Below are positions 25,726 through 39,159 of a stretch of 64,000 nt of DNA, one piece after another. Position numbers and translations under genes: made by a program. Each line of letters opens with the position of its first letter. Position 1 is the stretch's first letter. The stretch is from assembly GCF_009914755.1 (NCBI RefSeq), contig NC_060929.1; one strand, given 5' to 3'. The notes beneath the pieces are model-generated. The model ran no database searches and was not told where the DNA came from. It saw nothing but the letters and a program-made list of their open reading frames with translations. The DNA comes from the human T2T-CHM13v2.0 reference genome, Homo sapiens.

Positions 25726-27282
25726 TCTAAGTCCTGCTTTAGTGGAGAGACATTATTCTGATTTCACTCTCAAAGGCATACAGTTGGCATTAATTCATAC
25801 AGCACATATAAAGAATTAACCTCCCCCCAAACTTATTAGAACTTGATTTCCACACATTATCAATAACGGAATACCATTTTCACCCACCTAGAATGAAAAA
25901 ACTTTAAGCTTGATAAAATCCGGTGTCACAAAGGATATGAGGAAACAGGCACTCTCATACCTTGTTGTTGAGTTTATGAATGGCTACACTGTTTCTGGAT
26001 GGCAATTCTTGGCAGTAACTACCAATATTTTTAAAGCATAAATCCTTTAGTCCAGGAAATTCTTTCTAGGAACACCATAAAAATAAATAAGCGAATAAAT
26101 GAATGATGTTCATAGCAACGTTTATGAGCTGTAAGTAACCTAAGTTTCTCTTAATATGATAAATATTAAAATATATCCAGTCATAAAAGTGAAAAGCATC
26201 TTCTGATTATTTCCACAAGTTAACCACTGAATAACTGTCTACAGTATGTTCTGTAGTAGAAAAAAGATACTCTGTAACAGAATCTCATTTGTGGGTGTTC
26301 TAGTGTGGTACTCAATTGCTGAAACTTAAATGACAAGATGAAAATCCATTAACAGGCTAGCATACTACTTAGTTGCACTTTATCAAATCGATTTTAGTGA
26401 TTGTTTTCCTTCAATCTTTAGAGATTTCATAAAGCTCTACCAAACTCCTTGACTTGCTCATGTAGAATTAAATGAGAGGGAAATTGGCTTTGAGCCTAAA
26501 TTCATAATCTTTTACTTTTTCACAATTTCTCCAGTGAATTGTATGTCTTTCATGATCCCACCTATACTTTAAGAAAACTTTTTGACTCACAAGTAGATGC
26601 AAACATACATGAGTGAGGTCCCATGTACCAATCACCAACTGCTTTAATGAGGACACCTTATATGCTGGTAGTGCATTACCAGTTGGTTCAGGGAATCCCA
26701 CATACAATTTTAATGGCCACCCTTAATTTAGTTAGAGCCTCAAGATATTTAATGAAAAGTTTGAACAAACATGGAAAAACATGGAAAGAAGAGGGTGGAG
26801 AATGATCACCTCAGTTAAAAAAATGTGGCATAAAAAGAATGTTATTTCTGGAGACAGAAAACATGCACTCTAGTTACAGTACTGCTACTAACTGTTAAAG
26901 CTTTATCTTGTGTGAGTTAATTCATATTTGGAATTCAGATTTATAATTCGTAAATGAGTTTGAGGAACGAAGCCACAAAGGTCTTTTCTAATGCCACAAT
27001 TATTACAAGTAGACAGTTTTACTATCAGAAACCCATTTTCTGATCATATTTAAAATCTTAGTGTCAAGATAAAAGTGTGCATTAGTACAACCTTCTTAAA
27101 AAGCAGCTTGGCAAAAACAAAAACATCAAATTTAAATTGTGCACACTTTTTGCCCCAGTAATTCCTTATCTATAAATTTAAAGAAACATGCAAATGGGCA
27201 ATTATACATTTTCAAGGATCTCACAGCAATATTTTTGTAGTTGTGAAAAATAAGGCACTGATTAAATATAATCAGTGCCTCA

Positions 27283-27330
27283 TTTGCCATTAAAATGGTA
27301 AAAAGTGCAATTACTTATGCACTGACCTAA
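27283..27330. mobile_element. Half MADE1 (right TIR only)
   Basis: tttgccattaaaatggtaaaaagtgcaattacttatgcactgacctaa followed by TA. Confidence 0.75.
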
Positions 27331-27799
27331 TATGTTTATGCAACGTGATACTATGCAACTATTAAAGTATGGCTATTGAAAGGCATTCATAATACATTGT
27401 TGAATGAAAAAAAACCATGGAATATTTAGTACCTCAGATCTTTATGTATAGTATACATACATATATCTATTTGTATAAGTATATATTGTATTGGGATGAG
27501 TAATACTTAAATGTTCAGATAGTTAAAGAATATTCTCTATTTTTATATCTCTATATACAGAGATTAAAGGTCTGAAAGATGTATGCAACAGTGGTGTTTA
27601 CCTCCAGGAAGTATAGGCTGTGGGTATAGTATAGGCTGGGATGGGGAGAGAACTATCATTTTTCTTTAAATTATAAAACTAAATGACCATTTTAAAAAAA
27701 GGTTCAAAGTGAAATAAGCTATATATTTTTTAAAATTGTAAAAATCTGAATAATTAAGCACCAGTAATCTCAATAGCACTTACTTAAAAGTTCATTTTC

Positions 27800-28504
27800 T
27801 CACTAACTTGAGATGCTGCCTTTACTGTATTCTAAATGCCACTGAGTCTATTTCTGGAATTCCTCTTCTGTTCCATTGGACTTCCTATTTATGTGCCAAT
27901 ACAAAACTTTTCATTTATTCAACATTACGAATGCCTTCCAATATCCATACTTTAACAGTTGCATAGTATTGAGTTACATAAATGTATCATAATGTGTCTT
28001 ATTTTTCACAATTACAAAAATGTGGCTGTGAGATCCTTGAAAATGTATCATTGCCTATTTGCATGTTTCTTTATGCTAAATCTATAGATAGAGAGTATCT
28101 GGGCCAAAAAGTGTGCACACTTTAAAAAATTCTGATAGCTTCTGCCATGGAGGATTTAGAGTATGTTTTAGTGTCGGATATGGCTGGTCCCCTCTAATTC
28201 TTTTCAGTTTCCATGGTTATTCTAGTATGTTCTCTCAAATAACAATATAATTTTTATTGGAATGGCACTGAATTTATAAATGAACCTAAGTGGGGAAAGA
28301 CATGTTTTGATGTTGTCTATCTAAGAATATCATGTATCTTTCCATTTGGTGGAATCTACATTTTTGCCTCTCAAGAGTTTTTTTAGTTTTCCTCATACAG
28401 ATTTTAGATGTGTCTTAAATTTACACATTAAGTTTTCTTTTTACTTTTGCTATCACAAAGGTGGTCTTCTCTTCAAGTATCTTCTAACTAGTTTAGGTTT
28501 GCAT

Positions 28505-28555
<51 letters not shown>

Positions 28556-31020
28556 TGTTACTCTTTTTAGTAAACATTTTTACTGAGCTATAATTATACA
28601 TACAGAAAAGTGCACAAATCATATACAGCTTGATAAATATTCATAAGGTGAATGCACCTACGTAACCAGCACCTAGATCATGAAACAGAACATTACCAGC
28701 ACCGCAGAGTCTCCCTTGTACCCTCTTTCAGTCCTACTGAGTTAAAGCCAGTTGAAAAATAATGTATACTATATGGTTCCACTCATATAAAATTCAAAAA
28801 CAGACAAAACTAATTGATGGTAATTTTGACAGCACTTACCTTTGGGAAGAGAGGTAGTGACTGAAAGAGGGTGCTGATTTCTGACACCATACATAGATGC
28901 TGTCTGTTTTGAACTTCACCGAAATGGAATCAAAGTATGCACTTGTGTCTGGTGAAGCCTACTGATACTTTTATGTAAATTGTATTTAATAGCTACTTTA
29001 CTAAGTTCTTTTATTGTTTAGTTTTTCAACAAGTTCCTTTGGGCTTTCTAGATACATATTCATATCTGCAAATAGTTTTACCTCTTCCTTTCCAATTCAC
29101 GTCTTTATTTTGTCTAACTTCATTGGCTATAACTCTCAACACATTGTTAAGTAGCAGAGGAGTTAGTGGGCATGTCTTGTTCCTGACTTCAGCTGGAAAG
29201 TCTCCTTTGCTTTGAAATTTAAGATGCTGGCTTTTAGGTAGAGGTACAATGTTAATAGATTATTCATCAATTTCTACTTAGTATAGTTAACATAAGTGAG
29301 TGCTCAATTCTATCATGTCTTTTCTGCAAAGATGAAGATATTTTTTAACTCTTAATATGAATAGTAACAGATTATCTAGTATTGAACTACCCTTGCATTC
29401 TTACAATAAACCCAACTTAGTCATGATTACCTTTTGAAAGTGCTGTTGGATTGTTTGCTAATGTTATCATTAAAACTTTTTATTAATATTCATGAGATTG
29501 CTCTATATTTTCTTTTTGGTACCATCTTTGTCAGGTTTTTGAATCCATGCTATTACATTCATTTTATAAAATGAATTCAGGAGTTTTTCTTTATTTGTTT
29601 TTTTTCTTTTTTTGGCACTTTGAGGTTCAAGATTCTTTTCCTAGTCTCTGCAATTGTTTAAGCAAGAATGGGATTATTTAATCTTAAAAGGTTTGGTAGA
29701 AATCCCCTTGAAACAATCTGGGCTTGATGCTTCTTTTGGTAAGGGGTACTTTTAACTATTTGTTTCTTCTACGGTAATTGGTTTGTTGTGACTTTATCTA
29801 CCTAGAGTAAATTTTGGCAATTTGCATTTTTCTCAAAATAGTTTTTGAATTTATTGTGTAAAATTGCTCAAAATAGTCAATTTAAACAAATTTCCTGTTT
29901 TACTATTTCCCCCTTGTCATTTAAATTTTTGTATTTGTGCTTCCTCCTTTTTTTCTTAAATAGGTTAGCTGGTAGTTTATCTGACTCAACTCCCCGCACT
30001 ACCCATCACCAACTTGGATTTATTATTGCCTCTATTGTTTTGGTTTTCTACTAGTAATTCTTTTTTGCTTTTATTAATTCCTTCCTTCTGCTTTATTTTG
30101 CTTTTTACTCCAAGTGTTTGGTACTTGGTTAATTTTCCCCTTTTCCTACTTTTATTGATAACTGTACTAATTAATATAAATTTCCTGTCATATTTGCATT
30201 TTATTTTTTGGCAAATATTAGGTTTTTATCTGTCTTGTGGTCATGTCCTTCCGGTGTGCTTTCATTGTCTGTGAGGATGTTGATCTATTTATTCTCTTAT
30301 TTCTTATACTAACTTTGACTGGAGTTGGACTGTAATCCTGGCTCACTTACTCTTTTTTTCCCCTTAACTGAAATGAGTTTTTCTGTACTTTTAGGAGGAA
30401 GGAGTGGCTCTAGGATGACTTCACAGCCTTAGAGCTCCCATTTTCACAGTGATTTAAAAGAATATATATATATATGAAAATACACATATATAATGTCTCT
30501 GTGTCTTGGCCTTTCTTCCCAATACTTATCTAGATCTTCTTTCCTTTGTCCTATTTTACCCATCCTGCCCATTTGGATTCTAATTCTAGAAGTTTGTCCT
30601 CAGTGCTGGGCTTTGTCTCATAAGCTTCAAGAGGTACACAGCGTAAAACCCAGACTGCTCTAATGCAATCAGCAGACCTTATCATATTGCTTTAACATTC
30701 ATCTGCAAATGAGATTCTGTAGTCACTTCCCAGTTTCAGTGTCTGTTCTTAGATTGGCCCGCTGCACTTTGTAGTTGAGAAACTGTGGGCAGTGTTGTAG
30801 TTCTCCAATTTGCAGAACTGTCAGAAACCAGCTGCCTTCCTTCTACTTCCTCCCACAGATACTGAAACTATGTGGTTCAGTGGTTTGTCCTCACTTAGTT
30901 GTATTTTGAAGTTCATAGAGATACCTTGTCATCTAGCGTTGTAATAGTGTCTGTGGCTATCCTAGTTGCTCTGTATTCTTATGGGGAGATTAGAAAACAA
31001 CACTGTTGTCATCATTTTCC
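27800..31020 (-). mobile_element. Cluster of degraded L1M/L1ME fragments
   Basis: tctatttctggaattcctcttctgttccattg, cccttgcattcttacaataaacccaactt and aggtttggtagaaatcccc ORF2 motifs; limits approximate. Confidence 0.6.
28513..28550. repeat. (AT)19 microsatellite
   Basis: Perfect dinucleotide run. Confidence 0.95.
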
Positions 31021-31109
31021 CTGAGGTTAAACTGTTAAGACCTCTTTCTGTTGTAGAAGAGAGGTTTTAATTACAAAAATAATTTTATGATCATTATAAA
31101 GAACCTATA

Positions 31110-31300
31110 ATTTGAAATTTGCTGTATTCCAGGTACTATCCTAAGTGCTTTATCTGTATTATCTCATTTAATCCTAAACCCTGTGTGTTAGGTTTTACCC
31201 TTATTTTATCCACGGCAGAGTTAGGGTCCAAGATCATGCTGCTGAACTGGCAAATCTGGGATTTAAACCCAGGTCATCTGATTCCAGAGCACCTCCTCAT
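31110..31300 (-). mobile_element. MIR SINE
   Basis: ctaagtgcttt...atctcatttaatcct...gggatttaaacccaggtcatctgattccagagc. Confidence 0.75.
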
Positions 31301-32199
31301 TAACTGTCTCTCAAAAATGATCAGGTCCAACAGTTTTCAAATTATATACCACTGTCAGCAAGATTTCTATATGAATTTAGATTAAATATAAATAACTAAA
31401 GATCTAATAACACATATATATTATAGATCAAATCTAAAAACACTGAAATGATAAACAGGTTAAATTAGGCCATATGATCTGATTAATCTCATTTGTACAC
31501 AGATGCTCAAAATAAAGCTCCTCCTCCTACCTTCTAAAAAAAAAATGCCACAAAATTAGGGGGCGGGAAGGAGACAAGTATAGAGTAGGTAACAGAGCTT
31601 TTTGAGATTTCGGACTTCGTATTTTCCCTCATTACATCGCTCCTGTTAAGGAATAAAGTGTATATGTGAAATATTGCTTATAATTTATTTAATCGATAAA
31701 TGCTTTTCTTGTAAATAACTATTTAGAAAAGTTAGAAATAGTTTCTCCACAATTCACACTGGGCTGCTATTTTCTGGTCAATTCAGTTGCTGTGGAATGT
31801 GAACATTTACTAGTCCATAAAGTTTCACAAGAAAGTCTCCCACAAGTGTATCAATTAGAAGCATACTAAAATTTATAATCTTATGGTATTAAATTATAAG
31901 GAGTTAGAAAATATTTAGCCTTATGAAATACTTTTAGATTGGAATTTTTCTCTAACATTTATGAATAAAATCACTGTTACTACCTTTATTGCCTTCTAAC
32001 CTTTCTTGGTGATACAGAAAAAACAATTTGGGCTTTTTATATAGTCCTAAAGCCATTATATATATGCTACTTTAACTTCCAATGTCTAAGAGATGACTTA
32101 GTTTGAGATATGGATGTCTTAATCTGCCAGGATTTAAATAGTAGCAACTGGAATAACCCATAGACGGATAACATCTGTTATTAAGCTTACTTTTTCCCC

Positions 32200-33742
32200 C
32201 ACCATCAGAAGATTTATTTTATTTCTAATTAAAAAACATACAGTTGGCAAACTCAGGTTTAAAACTAAGCATGCCAATAATAAATCAATCATTTCTCCAA
32301 GTACACAGTGTTTCCCTTGGGAAGGACTGTTATTTCACAACATTTTTTTCCCTCTGATTTAGAAAAAAAGATAACATTTAAAGTATTACAATGCCTAAAC
32401 AGTGATACCAGTAATCCAGTTTTTATACTGATACTTGTATTTCAACATTTATTATCACCAAGACTAACTTAAAGCCAACTCCTTTAGTGAAGAGATTTCT
32501 TTCCCCATTTCAGTACTAGACGCAATAGTTCTGAATGTCACTGAGCAAGTAATGGATATGAGTTATTGATAAATTAATTACTAATGAAGAGTTTTTATAC
32601 TACCTCCTTTATAATTAGCTAGTTCATAGACTTAAAACAAAACAATGAACAAAAACAAAACCCTATTTCTTACCCTCTAAATGGTCGCATTTCCCTTTCA
32701 CTTACCTGAAAATATGAGAATAAAAATGACCATGTATTGAGTTACACCACTGAATCTGTTTGAATGGTTCTGTTTTTGTATTTTTTACTTATTTAATTTG
32801 AAAAAAATTAGAAAAGTATTAGTTTGAAATTAGAGCAGCTAACACACTGGGGGCAATAAATTAAAAACTTCAAATGGCTAAAAATGAAAACACAAAGTAT
32901 CTTTCCTTCTAGATAAAAAAGATTGTTTTCTTCCTAGAAAGCAAAAAAAAAAAAAAAAAAAAGGCAACTAATGATTTGAGAATAAAATCAAACATAACTG
33001 GTATTCACCACAGCAATGTCTAGATAAATGACCCACATAGCACAAAACTTTCTCATTCACAATCACATACAGTTAAGTTGCTTTTCCCTCAGTTACATAA
33101 TAGTTGTCTTCAAACAATCTCCTTTTAGAAAACTATCACATTAGTTAAACCTATTTATTCTTACTATGAAGTTATTAACTTCATTTATATAGGCCACACA
33201 GGTTTAATTGGCACACTTTACTTAAGAATAAGACAAAATAAGTCACTCTTCTTTAAAAAAAATTATGGTCATCTGTTTTCAAAGAATAATCCCAGATACT
33301 TAATTAATTAAAGCAAATTTTCTACGATCAGCAGTGAGCTTTTTAAATGATCACTAAGTGTTCACCTGAAGATTATCAATGCTATATGAAGTGTAAACTT
33401 GAAAATTTGTGTCCATTTTATAATAAGATACAATTTGCACTGAAGAGTTTTTAAAAAGATAACCTACACACATACAGTTAATTTGCCTCAAACAACTTCT
33501 TAGAAATACAGTATAAACATTTAAGAACCACGACAAAGTTGTGGTTCAAACTTCAACAAAGATTTTCTTGAAACCCAGTATAAAGATTACTGGCTCAAGA
33601 CCATATCCCAAAGTGAAATCAGCAGGAGATTTGATTGTAAGACTCTACCTTTTAAAAAAAGAGCACACTTGGTTATACATGGCTTTTAAACTTGAGCTAC
33701 AGTTATGCTACAAATCCCCCCACCCTCCCAATCTAAAATCAG
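32200..33742 (-). other. PGGT1B: PGGT1B 3' UTR (proximal, AU-rich; may extend much further left)
   Basis: AU-rich sequence with no recognisable interspersed repeat directly after the stop codon; includes a U20 tract (A-run at 32943-32962 on +). Confidence 0.75.
32213..32223 (-). terminator. PGGT1B: Candidate PGGT1B polyadenylation signal (overlapping double AATAAA)
   Basis: tttattttatt on + reads AATAAAATAAA on -, about 1.5 kb past the stop. Other minus-strand AATAAA lie at 33154, 32448, 31985, 31684 and 25359; which are used cannot be read from sequence. Confidence 0.5.
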
Positions 33743-34018
<276 letters not shown>

Positions 34019-34829
34019 TTAAAAGTAAGTTTAGAGAAATGCTAATATAGTTTTAAAAATATTTGCTTTCTCAAAGCCTCAAACACCAATTAAAAAAAAA
34101 ACTCAGATGATCAAAATAAAATATTTTATTCATGAAAATATCATTAACAAAGGAAAACAGTTTCCAGCTGAAGAGCTGATACTGTCCATAACCTCTGTGA
34201 TTAAAAGACAGGAGTAGCAGCAGTCATATGTAAGACTTCTCACTTTGGGGAGTTTCCCCTCTTGCTTACTAGAGAACATGAAAACGAGTAGCTTCAATGC
34301 TATATCATTAAGTTTTTTTTTCTTTAAAACGAAAACAAAACTCTGAATCTAAGTTGCAATATCCCTCGCTCCACGTTTTACCTCTGAAAGTTCCTAAACC
34401 ATATGCAGTACTATCCTAACATTGTGTTAAATAAAAGGAGCTTATGCAAAAATAATCCATTCTGGAATGCTGTGCCATATTTAATCCTCCTATTTAGGGT
34501 AATGTCAGTCATTGTAAAAATATCTGATCTGACAATAAAAACAAACTCACATTCTATTTGGTTGAAATAATATGAGTGCTCATACCATGACAATTCTGCA
34601 CTGGCTCACTAGTTTCCCATCTTTCAGGGGGCAGCGATCCTCTTCTATTAAAGTGGCCAATGAAATCACATGGCCATTCCTGCCTAGGAGTCTTATGTAG
34701 ACTTCTGAAGAGCTCAGAGCTTTGCAGTTATAGGAACATTAAAAAGACAGTTTTGTACCAGTCAAAATTTTTTTCTATTTTTGAATTGGCCGACATTTAT
34801 GGCCTTAAGAGCTATTAAAGTTCAAAACA

Positions 34830-35130
34830 GGCTGGGTGTGGTGGCTCACACCTGTAATCCCAGCACTTTGGGAGGCCGAGAAGGGCATATTCCTTGAGCC
34901 ACAGGAGTTCGATACCAGCCTGGGCAATACGGTGAAGCTCCATCTCTACAAAAAATACAAAAATTACCAGGTATGGTGGCGTGCGCCTGTAGTTCCGGCT
35001 ACTCGGGAGGCTGAGGTGGGAGGCTCACCTGAGCCTAGGGAGGTTGAGGCTGCAGTGAGGCATGATTATATCACTGCACTCTAGCCTGGGCAAAATAATG
35101 AAACCCTGTCTCAAAACAACAACAACAAAA
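34830..35130 (+). mobile_element. AluJ-like (antisense to PGGT1B)
   Basis: Dimeric Alu with (AAC)n tail; TSD aaagttcaaaaca/aaagttcaacaca. Confidence 0.93.
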
Positions 35131-35677
35131 AGTTCAACACATCTTACCACATCAAACTTTGTCAAAAGAGTTAAAGAAAAAGCTTTACTTACAACAGTAT
35201 CACTTATTTTTCAAAACAGAAATGACAAATAGCTGTGCTTACTCAATGCCATTGTGAAAATGTTATTTAACTAATGGAGGCCCATGTTGATCACCTTTTA
35301 GGCCTTTTCAGAAAATACTTAGGTTTCTTCTGGCTCACTTTCCTTTGACTTTCAGACTATAAAAAATAAACTTGATTTCACCTGTCATATTACATCCATA
35401 TAGTTATTCTAAAACTACAAAGGGTACACAGCAACATTAAGCTTTGTTTTCTAGAAACTAGGAAACTTTTCTAGGAAAAAGTACAACAGAAAATATATAT
35501 CTATAATAACATAAAATAGAACTGTGTAAAACTAAAATCTCTCTGGGTAAAGTAACAAATAAAACTTATTTGTTTCTCAAAAAGATTTTTGTAACAGCCA
35601 ATGAGATCAGAACTCAATTGTTTGAAGCCTCAAATTGTGTTTTTAAAAAAACTCCTTATCTGTAAGTGGCAACGTAC

Positions 35678-35758
35678 AAGCACTTTAGATGTGGAACTAT
35701 ATGTTTACTCCATAATAAAGCACTTTAGATGTTGAAATATATATTTACTCCACAATAA
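35678..35758. repeat. 40-bp tandem duplication
   Basis: aagcactttagatgtggaactatatgtttactccataata repeated with about 4 mismatches. Confidence 0.9.
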
Positions 35759-36343
35759 AAGGTTATTCTTTTGAAGTTTCTTTCATAAATGTATATAAAA
35801 TCCCTTTGTATCAAATTTGCCACTAAATTCACTAGAATGAAGAATAAGCTTAATTTTAAAGAATCTTGTTAAAATGATTAAAGATTCTGGGACCAGATCT
35901 TTACACATAAATTCAATTTAGCAAAGCCCTTCTATGCTTTCTATTGCATACTCTGAAAACATTGTAATGTATCTGTAAAAAGTAAGTAGTACATCCAAAT
36001 ATTTACACAAATGTTAAAGTTAGCAACTGAACTCTCCGGAAAAAGCCTCAAGAACTTTCTTTTAAAAAAGCTATTGGAAACACTGAATGTATTTCAAGTA
36101 TGTTTATACAAGAAATGTTTCCTAAGAGACTGTCATTTCCCTACTCCCATTATTTGTTAAAACAGTACCCTGCACTGGTTTAAAAAATGGAATGAAGACC
36201 AAAATAATTCTCAGTTTTGAGGCACTAGAGATATCAAAAATTTCAAGATATTATTTTGCTTGAGAAATTAACTTCTGAAGACACACTTTGGCTTACGACT
36301 TTGAAAGCAATGTACACTTTCTCTAAGAAGACATGTTTTACTA

Positions 36344-36972
<629 letters not shown>

Positions 36973-37415
36973 TAGGGGTGTAAGGAAATATTCCTGCTCA
37001 TTTCAAATACAAAAATTGATTTCATGAGCTCCTTATTTATATTCTGATTCAATCACACATTCCAACCACAGCAGTTCTGTGATGGAAGATGAGTTGATGA
37101 GGCACTTTCCAGGCTGATAATAAAAACCACGACTCTATTGCAATACTGGCAAAAACAATCATTCCTTGTGTCTAGTTTCATATTTGTAACTAATTCTTTA
37201 ACTACTTGCTTATCAAAAGTGTCAGTGTTTGAAATTATTTCAAAACACACTTAAATGGATTTTTATAGGGAAGCTGTATATAGACTCATTTTGCTGGAGG
37301 TGAAAACATATGTCGGGTGAGGTGTAGGCTGCAGAATGATGCTAGAGGTGGGAGAGGAGCCAAATTTTGGAAGGGCCTTGAGTGCCATGCCATTTATATT
37401 GTCTGAATCTGTTGA

Positions 37416-37784
<369 letters not shown>

Positions 37785-38161
37785 TAATGACTTCTGAAAA
37801 GAGTAAGAACTGATTCCCTTCAGGATTGGGAGTAATTTATTATACTTAGTTCAAGTCATGACTAATAATCCTAACGGCTTTGGATGGCCTAAATAATTCT
37901 CTTCTTTGGAAAGGACCCATTCAGACCATCTACATTATTGCTGCAAATGAAATAAAACATTACTAAGTAAAATATTTGGGAAAAAATGCACACCATTCCC
38001 ATGCATCTTGATAATAAACTCTTTCATTTATACTCTCTAATACCCTAAATTTATCCTAAGCTTACACAATATACCTTTTAAAAAATATTATTTAATGTAA
38101 CTTTGCAACTGGATATATTTTCTATCATATGCCTTTTCTGATAAAGATGCTTGAAGATCTA

Positions 38162-38359
<198 letters not shown>

Positions 38360-39159
38360 TCAACCTTTGGCTCAAATTTCAGATACGTGTCATTTAGATA
38401 TGCTTTTCTTTAGCTAAGGTGCTCAGACCAAGTCTCTGGGGCCTTGAGCACTTTTGAAATGAGTAAATCACATTAACTTTTTAATTTTCTTATCAAATCT
38501 ACTCTCCTTTTCTCGACTCTCTATTTCCTTCTTCTGAACCAGGCCAACTGAACCCTTTAAATCACATTAAGCTAAATTCAAAAGACAACTCGAATCCACT
38601 CAACATAATCAGTCATTTTAAAAAGTACAATTTTATCTACCCATATTTTAACTCTTATGATAAGCTCTTGAGCTATTAGTTATAAACTAGTAGTAACTGG
38701 AATTAAAAATATTTTTTAAAAAAAGAGCAAACAAAAATTACTAACCAGATGCTACAGACAGTTTTGAAAATAGTAAAAAAGTATAGCTCTTTAATTAGGA
38801 AAGAAAAAGGTAAGACAAAAATGATTGCAACATAAAAAACTATATAGTTTTTAATGATTTAGGACATGTACTTGGCTTTTCTCTCAAGACCCCATAAAAG
38901 TAAAATACAAATAAATAAATAATACTGTGAAGTTCAAGATGAGGTGCACAGTAGGTAAGAGGGTTCAAGACATTTCTGATGATACAAAGCAATTTAATAT
39001 ATGTTAATGAACCAGAGAGAGCCACAGCTTTTAGTGACTAATGAAGAAGCATTATTTCTCAAAAAGAAAAGCTAAACTCATAAGAAAGTTATGGTACAAA
39101 CAGGAAACAAATTTATTCATTTACATTGATTTAATTAATAAAATATAAGGAAAAAGACT

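Noticed and set aside
26468-26805. Unique-looking block with opposing 79- and 60-aa ORFs
   Set aside because: No recognisable protein similarity, splice pattern, or retrocopy tail/TSD visible.
35678-35758. Short direct repeats as a possible CRISPR-like array (also 53849, 57955, 63331)
   Set aside because: Two-copy duplications with no repeat-spacer series, in eukaryotic introns.
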